64,000 nt of DNA from Saccostrea cucullata. Its lineage: Eukaryota. The stretch's first letter is position 1. Each line of letters begins with the position of its first letter. Of the stretch, positions 53,661-64,000 are shown one piece after another. A program made the position numbers and the translations under genes. The stretch spans positions 1 through 64,000 of the forward strand of contig NW_026920384.1 in NCBI RefSeq assembly GCF_032062105.1. The letters run 5' to 3'. The notes below the pieces were generated by a model. The model was given only the letters and a program-made list of their open reading frames with translations, was not told where the DNA came from and did not search any database.

Positions 53661-54894
53661 ATGAGTGACTCAAAGTTTAAAGGTGAGAACTCCTCTCAGG
53701 TACGAAATACTGGTTTAACGCTTCTACCCGCAGCGGTCAGTGGAGCATTAAGCCACATGTCCGTTATCGACACCAGCCTTCGGGCTATAACGGAAAAGAT
53801 GGACTCTTTTAATACTCTGCAAGAGTCGTTGAATAACATGCAGAAGGATCTGTGGAATGAGGACGGACTAGATGACAGAATTAGATACATCGCTAAACAG
53901 CATGAAGACAACCAGTCATAAATTGAAACTTTAAAACAGGAGAATATTACCCTCCGTAAGGAACTTCAGCTGTTGAAGTCGATTGTTGTGAATTTAGACA
54001 GGAAAGTTACACAACAAGAAAGTGAGATTGTAGACCTGAGAGGAAGATCTATGAGAGATAACATTCTAATCCATAATCTGGCAGAAGAGGAAAACGAGGA
54101 TCTAAATGCAAAAGTTCACCAGATCATAAGAGATCATTTAAAACTGGATATCAGTTTTGTCAGAATCCATCGTAACGGACCTCGAATGCAAGAAAATAAA
54201 CCCAGAACCATTACGGGAAAACTACACGACTCTAAAGATAAGGACCAGATTCTTGCAGCCCAAAGAGCTCTGCGGGAAAAGGAGAAAAAAGAGAACAAGG
54301 AGAAAGGTGTCTTACCTTGCCACATTACACCTCAAACACCAGTGCAAATTAACGAAAGTAGAAGGAGGCTTAAGGAGATCAATACACAGTACAGAATGAA
54401 CAAAATAGAGACTAAAATAATTGGGAATAAAGTTGTGTTTCCCAACGGAAATGTGTGTCGGGAAAAGGTTACCACGCCTAGAGCTGAAGATCTACTCTTT
54501 GTGGACGAGGCAGAAGGAAAAGTTAAACGAGATAGAAGCGGTGACAAGTGATCCTATCTATGAGGGTGGCAATGTCTTCAAAGCAGTGGCAACAAAAGCG
54601 AGTACGTATGCAGAAGTCAGACAGTTTTACAAAAAAAGTTATGAGTGACCGAACTCCGCCAACGCGCACCATTACGTCCTAGCATATCGGATACAAGATG
54701 CACAAGGGAACATCCGCGATGGATACTGCGATGATGGAAAATACGGCGCAGGTAGGAGAGTGGTCCGACTTTTAGGAGATCAGAGTGCCACTAACGTCGC
54801 ATTCGTTATTTCAAGGAAATCGGGAAATCATATCGGACCAAGGCGCTTCGATATCATATGCGATGCCGTGATCAATGCTGCCAATAAACTCTGA
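53661..54894 (+). pseudogene. LINE ORF1 (coiled coil, L1-type RRM, CTD) fused to a C-terminal IMPACT/YigZ (UPF0029) domain; disrupted
   Basis: DLRGRSMRDNILIHNL..EENE...RIHR...KPRTI (L1 ORF1-type), then SDPIYEGGNVFKA...NAHHYVLAYRI...DGYCDDGKYGAGRRVVRLL...NVAFVISRKSGNHIGPRRFDII, stop 54892-54894. Lesions: TAA at 53919, a frameshift near 54510-54520, and TGA at 54646. Confidence 0.8.
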
Positions 54895-55455
54895 ACAGTT
54901 AAAGGAATGAATTATTTAACACCCAATTTTTTTCTGTTATCTTTGGATAATGTCTCTCTAGACTTAATAAGTACTTTACATGTACACATTTTCTTTCTAT
55001 AGGTGTATGAGAAAGCGCTTACGTACATTTATATGCATATACCAGTTTAACTCTTGTATCTGAAAGCAATATACATGTACATTAAGTTTTGATACTGCCT
55101 GTAACAATGCAATATATGTAAGTTCCCCTTTTCTTGTCTTTTTTCGAAATTTAATTGTAATTCTGTATATACATATATTACCATTCTATTAGTAGATAGG
55201 TCTATAGAAAACATAATATTCATCTTTTTGTTTAAAAAAATGGAGTTAAAAATGTTTTAAATTTATTTACCCTATTCCTATTGTCTCCTAAAAGCTACAA
55301 CGTTTTTTTTAATTTGAAAATAGTAAATATTATTTGTTTGTATATCTTTTTTTACGGTTAAAAGGTTCATGCTTGTCGTATGTTTTTTCCGGGAGTGTAT
55401 AGTTTTTACGGACACACTTTAGTTTAATGTTGTAGTAATAATGTCCGGTCAAGAG

Positions 55456-56482
55456 TAGACTGGCCTGCCTGTCTGATATCCGATATACAGACAGGTGATC
55501 AGTAATGTAAAGAGTCCTCTACCGGCCGCGCTCATTGGCTGATAAAAAGTCTCGCTGACGTAGAATTTAAATACCTCGGGGAAACCAAAACAGGTCATAG
55601 AGTGCTATATTATGGATGATTATCGTTACCTCGAGTTTTCTTTGCATAAGAAATTGCATTGTCAGAAATAAATTGTGAAAGATATTCAACATTAAATTTT
55701 CTAAAGCCTTTGAAAGAAAGCTTTGACTAACGATACCGTGGTTGTTTTACCGACGGGCTACGAAAAGAGTTTGATTTACGAGGTGCTGCCTCTTTCCCTC
55801 TTTCCTCTAGTATATTCAGCCACATAGTTTTTCTGACACAAATCATAGAACTCTCGCATTTTTTGTCCAAGTTAATTAATTTTTGAAAACAATTTCTACA
55901 AAGTATTCCGCTTTCAACACTTATATACCATGTATACAGCCATGCTTTTTTTAAAACAGTTCTTTTAGACCAATATCTGTATTTGCTTTTGATTCAATTA
56001 ATCTAACACGGTCACTAATATTTCAACATACAATACATGTACAAATACATGTACATGTATTCCTTCTTTCAGGTGTTTTTTTTCACAGGAGTGTTGAACA
56101 TTTCATTCTAGGCCTATGTACAAGACATTTCACTTCGCTGAATTTATTCTAAATTTTCAGGCGTGATGTAACAGATCAGCAAACCCCTATCACATTGCAT
56201 GGCATACATTAATTGGATAAAATACAACTGCAACAACTCTGCAAACTAGATTTGTTTATTAGAATTGACATATTTTAATTACCGCAGGAAACATACGATA
56301 AATCGGTTTAAAGTTCCCCACTAAGTCAACAGATAGCTTTATTGTGTGATTATTTCCCATGCTGTATCGTAGCAGCAGCACGGCGATAGATGGCGCGTCA
56401 CTCAAGCCAGGAATCCCTGGCTTTAATGGCGGTGATCACCTGTCTTTTCCTGCGTACGCTAAAGACAGGCAATGCCAGTCTA
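55456..56482 (+). mobile_element. Non-autonomous AcademH-like DNA transposon inserted between LINE ORF1 and ORF2
   Basis: TIR tagactggcctgcctgtct / agacaggcaatgccagtcta; 9-bp degenerate TSD GGTCAAGAG (55447-55455) / GGTTAAGAA (56483-56491); RecQ-type helicase motif I remnant DTVVVLPTGYEKSLIYEVLP at 55732-55791. Confidence 0.75.
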
Positions 56483-56668
56483 GGTTAAGAAGGGCACAAA
56501 ATTATTTTTTGTTGATAATTTTTCTCTTCGTTATGACCACATAAGAGGCTACGAAACCTGTTGCTTGTAAATATGTTTCATTTTTGTTTAACTCTATCAG
56601 TTTCCTTCTTCTCTTTCTTACTGCTTTTATTTTTCGGGTTTTGACAATACAAATTTACCACGCGTGTT

Positions 56669-59600
56669 ATGGGGGACCAAGTTGACAATAACCAGTTAAA
56701 AATACTCACAGTAAACTGCCAGGGCCTGGGTGATAAAAACAAAAGAAGAGATGTTTTGAATTACCTCAAAGGTAAAAGGCACAATGTATATTTTCTTCAA
56801 GATACACACTTTACATTTAGTGAAGAAAATTTTTTACAGTCACAATGGGGATATAAGGTCTTTTTTAGTTCATTTAAGTCAAATTCTCGCGGGGTTGCAA
56901 TACTTTTCAATAACAATTGTGAGTTTGAAGTACATAAAACTAGATGACACTGGAAATTTCTTGATTGTAGATCTAACTATTGAGGGTTTAAACTTTTAAT
57001 TGGTAAATATTTATGGTCCAAATTTAGATACACCAATCTTTTATTCAAACCTTTTGAAAAAAAAAATTGAAGATTTTTATTCCTCACAGTATATAATAAT
57101 GGATGGGGATTTTAATTTGATCTTAGATAAAGATTTGGACTCCATGAATTATAAGAACATAAATAACCCAAATGCAAGAGAAGAAGTGTTAAATTTAAAA
57201 GATACTCTGAATCTGATAGATGTCTTTCGCGAAAATAATCCCAAACTTAGACAATTCACATGGAGACGAAAAAATCCAATTAAACAGGCAAGACTTGACT
57301 TCTTCTTTATGTCTGAATCTTTATTGCCCATGATACCTAATATAAAACATGAAAATAGTTATCGCTCTAACCATTCTCCAGTTGTTGCATATTGTAAACT
57401 AAATGAGTTAACAAAAGGAAAAGGTTTCTGGAAATTAAACAATTCTCTGTTAACAGATGGAGACTATGTGGAATTGATTAAGCAAAAGATAACTGAAGTC
57501 AAAAGCCAGTATGCATGTCCAGTTTATAACATGGAAAACTTAGGTACTGTGAGTGATAAAAATTTACAATTTACAATATGTGATAAATTATTTCTAGATA
57601 CTCTGCTAATGAAAATTAGGAGGAAAACAATATCATATTCTTCTTTCAAGAAAAAGAAAATAAAAGAGCGTGAAGCTCAGTTAGAAAAAGAGATATTAGA
57701 ACTGGAACAGAACATAACAGAAAATACTGTAGATAATCTATGAAACAATCAAAAAGAAATTGAAAAAATCAGATTAATAAAATGTAAGGCCAATACATTA
57801 GATCTCGAGTTAAATGGATTGAGGAAGGAGAAAAACCGACAAAATATTTTGCAAGTTTAGAGTCTAGAAATTATATCAGTAAACAAATTCCTAAAATTAT
57901 TAAAGAAGATGGGTGTACGATATCCAATCAAGAGGACATTTTAAATGAAACAAAGATAATTTATGAAAATTTATACAAAACAAGAGAAAATGTAAAAACA
58001 GATGATAGCATTTACAATAGACTAAAAGATTATGATATACCAAGACTAAGTGTGAGGAAATCAGCAAGTTTAGAGGAACCAATAACTAAAGATGAAGTTT
58101 TATATTTCTTAAAAAACATGAAAAATGATAAAAGTCAAGGACCAGATGGATTTACTTGCGAGTGTTTTAAGTTCTTTTGGAAAGATATTGGTATATTTGT
58201 GACAAGGTCAATAAATAGTGCAAATGAATCAATGCAATTTTCAGATGTAAATAGATTAGGAATAATAACTTGTATACCAAAGGCAGGAAAACCAAAAGAA
58301 TTTTAAAAAAAAAATGGCGCCCCATTAGCCTTTTAAATGTTATATATAAATTAGCATCTGGGTGTATAGCTGAACGAATAAAAAAAGTTTTAAATAAATG
58401 AATACATGCAGATCAAACTGGATTTTTAAAAGGAAGATATATTGGAGAAAATATCAGATTGATTTATGACATAATGGATTATACAGAATGCAACCAAATA
58501 CCAGGACTTTTAATGCTTATAGACTTTGAAAAGGCTTTTGATACTACATCGTGGAATTTTATTTATGAAACACTTGATTTTTTTCAATTTTGGAACATCA
58601 ATTAAAAGCTGGATAAAGACTTTTTACAGCAATATAAAGCCCTGTGTCATACATAATGGGTTTATCTCTAATTATATATATCCAGAAAGGGGATGTAGAC
58701 AGGGGGATCCTATATCTCCATACCTCTTCCTATTGTGTGCTGAAATTTTGGGCATTTTAATTCGCAAAAATGAAGATATAAAGGGTATAACAATAGATGG
58801 AGAAGAGTATAAGATTTCTCAGTATGCAGACGACACATCACTTATTTCTGATGGATCGCCTGAATCTATGGATGGAATCCTCAGAGAGAATTAGACTACT
58901 TTGCAAATTTATCAGGGCTCAAAATAAATATTCAAAAAACGAAAATGATATGCATTGGTAGTAAAAAATTTTCAAAAGATGTATATCATCATTCTAGGTG
59001 GAAGTTTGACTTGAATAGCACAACTCTTGATCTTTTAGGGATTAAGTTTTCTGTAAATTTAAAAGACATGATTAATCTTAATTATACATCAAAGTTAAGT
59101 GAAATTAAAAAGGTATTGAATCAGTGGAAACTAAGAAAATTACCCCCCATTGGTAGGTTAACTGTAATTAAGACATTGATTATCCCTAAATTAAATCACC
59201 TGATTCTTACTTTACCTAATCCACCATTAGAAATTATAAAAGTATTTGAGGATGAAATTTATTTTTTTCTTTGGGGAAGTAAAGTCCATAAAATAAAAAG
59301 AAATACTATAATTCAAGACTACAGAGATGGTGGCCTTAGAATTGTTGATTATTCAGAGTTTATAATAGCATTAAAATCAAGTTAGATAAGAATATTAATT
59401 CACTCTGATTCTAAGTGGGTAAAATTATTTCAATCACAATTAAACACAGATATTAAAAATCTTTGGTTAATGGGTACAGACTTTACTGCTAAATTATTTA
59501 AGAAAATAACAAACACTTTTTGGGTAGATGTCCTTAAAAGCTGGCTCAAAATATGCTTTGCAGAACAAGAGAAAAATAAAAAGATATTCCATGAACACAT

Positions 59601-60490
59601 ATCGTATAATCCAAAAATAATCATGGTTGGGTCTTCTGTCTTTCTTAAAAGCTACTTTAATGCTGGTTTTGTTTTTATAAGTTACTTGTTCAACTTAGAT
59701 AATAATTTCTTAAGTTTAGACGCTTTTAAAGACCTTGGTGTAAAAGCAAATTTTGTTGAATTTTCTGGTTTGAAACAGGCTGTGTGTGATAGATTTGTTA
59801 GCAAAAACCAAATGAATATATTTCTTTCTTATGGTCCAAATTTACCCAGTTCTTTGAAGATGTTTTACATTAATATGAAAGGCTGTAAAGACATGTATGA
59901 CATTCTTATTAAAAGAAAGAAAGAAACAAGTACTTCCATTTTAAAATGGAATGAAAAGGGATATCTATTCACCATGCAAGAATGGAGTAAAATTTTTGAA
60001 CTCCCATTTAAAATTACACAAGAATCTAAACTGCAATGGCTACAATTTCAAATTTTACATAGAATAGTTCCTACAAATTTATATCTTTTTAAACTTAAGA
60101 TAAAAGAATCTCCAGCATGCTGTTTCTGTAAGACTGACATTGAGTCAATTGAACATCTTTTTGTTGAATGTAATTTAGTAAAAGAGCTTTGGAGTGATAT
60201 TGAAGAATGGTTTTCATGTAAGTTTAATATATCTGTAATTTTTGACAGAACAACGATATTATTTGGCAAACATAAGAATAAGGATGTCCATAAAGTGCAA
60301 AATTTGATGACCCTGATAATTAAGAATTATATTTTTTCGACTAAATATAAAAATCCTTCTGTTCTAAGTATAATGACTTTAAAAACAATTATTGTGGAAA
60401 GATTCTTGATTGAGAAATTTTTACTTTTGAAACACTGAAAATATACAGAGTATGAGAATAACTGGCAGAGCATCTGTGATATGATATGAT
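56669..60490 (+). pseudogene. LINE ORF2 (APE endonuclease, RT, zf-RVT) with multiple frameshifts and stops
   Basis: LTVNCQGL, FLQDTH, NIYGPN, GDFN, RLDFF, SNHSPV, RGCRQGDPISPYLF, QYADD, CCFC...ESIEHLFVEC spread over several ORF fragments. Confidence 0.9.
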
Positions 60491-60873
60491 TCATATGTAC
60501 AAGTCTACATATACATATGTATTTAAGAATTTTTTCAAGAAACAAAATCTTAATCTTAACACACCCCCCTTAATGTAAAGAAAAAAACCAACACTATGCC
60601 CCCTATATTTCTTTTGTTTTTGATTTTCTCTTTTTAATGTTCTTTTCTCTCTCCCTCTTTCTTCTTCTCCTCCTTTATCTATCCTATATTCAAACAACTT
60701 TCACATGTGTTTAATTTAATGTGAACTTGTGGATGTCTTTCTGTAAATTTAATACTTGTATACTTGTCTATAATAGATACTTGAAGGAAGATATATTTGT
60801 GAACATACTTTTGTAGATACTTGTAAGATATAAAAGTGAAAATTAAATAAAATAAATAAATAAATAAAAAAAA

Positions 60874-61915
60874 ACTATATGGAAAAATACCTGAACTGTC
60901 TGATGTCGACTTTGCTAACTACATAAAAAATAATTGGAAACGTTACCTAGACGACTGCTTCATATTTTGGACCAGGAGTGAAGAAGACTTAACTAAATTC
61001 CATTCACTTCTTAGTAACCTCCATGATTCCATACAATTTACGATAGAAAAAAGTCGTACGAACTTCCATTTTTAGATCTTCTTATTATAAAGAATGGATC
61101 GTATATAACTACAAACTTGTACTGTTAACCTACGGACACGCACCAATATTTGGATTTTAGATTGTGCCACCCATCCCACACAAAACGTAATTTTCCGTTT
61201 AATTTAGCAGGAAGAATTTGTATAATTATTACAGATCAAAACCTACGATGTAGACGTTTGGAAGAATTCAAAATATATTTAAGACGACAAAATTATCCGA
61301 TGGATCTAATAAACATTGGAATAGAAAAGGCATCCGAAATTCCAATAGAGGACCTGAGAAATCCACGCCATATAGACGACACCAATAATGACGGGAAAAT
61401 AGCCTTTGTAGTTACCCATAATCCAAGGAACAGAAACATCCTTATGGACGCTAAAAGATTTTATCCCATTTTAGAACAATCGGAAAACATGAAAAGTTTG
61501 GTTCAACCAAATGATATCATAAACAGTCGACGACAAGCACCAAATCTTAAAAAACTACACAGGAGGAAATTCCAACCATTAAAAAATGCGGAGATCCGAG
61601 ATGCGGAACGTGTACATATTTAGAAGAGGGGAATACAATCCAACTTAAATCAGGAATGGAATTTCGAACCAACTCATCTATGAACTGTAAATCGCAAAAC
61701 GTCATCTACTGTGCCATCTGTCTGACGTTTCAAGAATATTATATTGGAAAAACGGGAAAACTAAATGCCAGGGTTCGTGTGCACAAACAACAAATCAAAG
61801 ACCCTAGTGTGCGTAATACACCGTGTTGTGAACATTTCGCAAAATGTGGCAAAGGAATATTTAAGATTTTCCCTTTTTATAAACTCCCAAATGAAAACGA
61901 AAATTTACTTTTAAC
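60874..61915 (+). mobile_element. Decayed Penelope-like element with C-terminal GIY-YIG endonuclease (canonical domain order)
   Basis: WKRYLDDCFIFW, IQFT, PFLD, PTDTHQYL...CHPSH, then NCKSQNVIY...YIGKT...R.R.H...EHF. Confidence 0.85.
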
Positions 61916-62045
61916 ACAATCCAAAACAAAAAGGGAAAATCAAAATTCCCTTTTTTTCACCCATGGTTTACAATCTGAAGTCATTTTGGTCTTAAAATCC
62001 TTATTTGTGTCTCAAAAAGTTCCTTTTTTGAAGATTTTTCTTAAG

Positions 62046-62930
62046 TATTTGAGGAACGTTCCTCTTTATACACTTCAGATGCATTTGTTATGACCAGAGA
62101 TTTGAGGAACGTTCCTCTTTCTACACTTCTGGTGCATTTGTTATCACCAAACATTTGAGGAACGTTCCTCTCTCTCTCTCTCTGAACTTCAGATTCATTT
62201 AGTATGACCAGGCATTTGAGGAACGTTCCTCTCTCTTAACTTCAGATTCATTTAGTATGACCAGACATTTGAGGAACGTTCCTCTCTCTGAACTTCCGAT
62301 GCATTTGTTATGACCAGACATTTGAGGAACATTCCTCTCGCTAAACTAAGATGAATTTATTATCACCAGACATTTGAGTAACGTTCCTCTCTTACATGTG
62401 CACATACAGCGTGTATTTTTAAATACTTTAAGAATCTTAACACATGAGACATTTGAGGAACGTTCCTCTCTCAAATTCACTTTTTCCGAAGACATCTCAT
62501 GAATGGTCAAACATCAGGCATTAGAGGAACGTTCCTCGCTCGAATTTAATTATTACTGTAGGCACCTCAAGGATTGTCAAATATCAGGCATTTGAGGAAC
62601 GTTCCTCTCACAAATGGTTGTCTCATGAATTGTCAAACATTAGGCATTTCAGGAACTTTCCTCACTAAAATCTAACATTGTTCACACAGGATACTTACAC
62701 GTATGAGAAACGTTCCTCTCTTAGATTTGTATATGTTGATACCTTATTCATATTAAATCATGCATTTGAGGAACGTTCCTCTCACAAATGGTTGTATTTC
62801 TGTTGATTACTTATACCAAATGAAGCTTGCAACCAGTGCATTTGAGGAACGTTCCTCTGTCTTGTAATGAATATCTGTTGATACATTGCAAAGCCCACTT
62901 AAGAATATCTTTAAAGGAACGTTCCTCTCT
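62046..62930. repeat. Array of 15 copies of the palindrome GAGGAACGTTCCTC (usually CATTT-core-T) with variable spacers
   Basis: Cores start at 62051, 62104, 62157, 62218, 62271, 62324, 62376, 62455, 62524, 62594, 62650, 62705, 62768, 62844 and 62914; period 52-79 bp. Confidence 0.9.
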
Positions 62931-63856
62931 AACATTATCATGTGTTTTGTGATATCATATTAGTTTTTATCGTTCATGAAGAATTTGGGAAAATTTCTCT
63001 CTTTTATATGAAATGCAGTAAATATTCATATTAGAAACATTTTTTATCTGTACACACTCTACAGAATATATATGAAAAATCATTTTGTCATTTTATAAAG
63101 TACTTTTTGAATTAAGGCTTTCTTAAAGTATACTATAAACTAGGTACAGGAACAAACAAATTTTTCCACTTCGGAACAAGCATGTACAATGTGCAGTGTT
63201 CATGTATCAACTCAAAGGGCTTTTTCACTGAATGGCAGTGTGATCACATATTACAATGTCTTGGTTAACAGGTTAATACCCAGAGTATTTTTCCTTTCTA
63301 CCACGAAATTAAACCAAAGTTGTGATTAAGGTCAACCATGTTTCTTTCTCGGTTACATCTTTCCCTCATAATAGAGACGATTCCAATTCTTTGGTCTCCA
63401 AAGGTTCATAGCATTTTTTCATCAGTCAAAGTAAAACAGCCTAAACAAGTTTCTTGGGTGTCATCTTCTGTAGGAAAAATCTCACATTCAGTACAGCGGC
63501 ATGTCGTATTATCAAAAATGTGAATCAGGCAAAGTCAGAATAATCAAAACATAGTGTACATAATAACAAGTTTAGATGTATCATCTAAAAATTAAATAGA
63601 CTGGAAAAATCGATATAAAAAAATTGCAAAACTTAAATTAAAATTTTGAACTTTAAATTGCCCATGAATTATGAAAGCATTTCCATACTGTATTAAGAAT
63701 ATTGCAAATTTGACACTTTCTATCTTTCTCATACTATTTTAATGAAATACTGTAAATGTTTTATATTTAGAGTGTACTATATTTGGCGGAACTTGATATT
63801 TTAATAAGTTAGTGTAGGTATCACTACTGAATTAAATATCCCCTTAGATTCCAAAA

Positions 63857-64000
63857 AATCCCCTGTTGTCCCCCTGTCAGTCCCTGACATTTTCCTGTCT
63901 CTCCCTGACTTTCTCCTATGATCCCCTGTCGTTGTCCCTGCTGTCCCTGTCCAGTCCCTGTCGTCCCCTGTCGTTGTCCCTGCCTTCCCTGTCTACTCCC
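63857..64000. repeat. Short-period TCCCTG(TC) minisatellite running off the window end
   Basis: Repeated tcccctgtc/gtccctg units about 11 bp apart. Confidence 0.75.

Larger units (their letters stand above)
53590..60873 (+). mobile_element. Near full-length decayed L1/Tx1-clade LINE (ORF1, spacer, ORF2, 3' UTR, A-rich tail)
   Basis: ORF1 at 53661-54894; ORF2 at 56669-~60490 with APE, RT and zf-RVT; (TAAA)n/poly(A) at ~60843-60873. Related to the 33109-36304 element. Confidence 0.82.

Noticed and set aside
60874-60885. Shared target sequence for the two L1/Tx1 insertions, or ctatatgg (53565-53572) as a TSD
   Set aside because: Only 7/12 similarity between the 3' flanks, and the 8-mer is not adjacent to the L1 5' end.
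62046-62930. True CRISPR array
   Set aside because: Eukaryotic context, no cas genes, irregular period, and spacers related by local duplication; kept as a finding for its conserved core.
61915-63000. Hammerhead ribozyme expected near a Penelope element
   Set aside because: No CTGA.GA...GAAA core with flanking stems could be found by eye; an Infernal search would be needed.
63170-63590. Cys-rich minus-strand coding-like stretch (CRCTECE...CLGC)
   Set aside because: Interrupted by stops, with no family I can recognise.

Overview
AT-rich, intron-containing animal DNA, most likely an oyster (Ostreidae). This is inferred from the ~166-bp Cg170/BIV160-type satellite carried in Helentron-type elements and from a bivalve-type tRNA SINE. 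Host content is a tandem pair of paralogous + strand genes. Gene A can be spliced into one open frame (13988-14609, 14712-14732, 28687-28731, 29350-32573; 1303 aa) with the architecture DZIP3-like HEPN (RNQCVH) - short coiled-coil linker - STAND NTPase (nSTAND3-like) - ankyrin repeats, i.e. an NLR-like sensor with a putative RNase effector. Gene B (47918-48533, 51814-51861) has the HEPN and linker exons; its NTPase/ankyrin exon is not in the window. Most of the remainder is transposon-derived: a decayed Naiad-type Penelope-like element, a young 5'-truncated L1/Tx1 LINE with a 12-bp TSD, and several MITEs, SINEs and minisatellites. A nested cluster at 52-63 kb contains an L2 LINE, a Penelope-like element with an inverted segment, an L1/Tx1 LINE whose ORF1 ends in an IMPACT/YigZ (UPF0029) domain, an AcademH derivative, and a 15-copy array of a conserved 14-bp palindrome with diverging spacers. 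All family assignments come from motifs recognised by eye; no searches were run.
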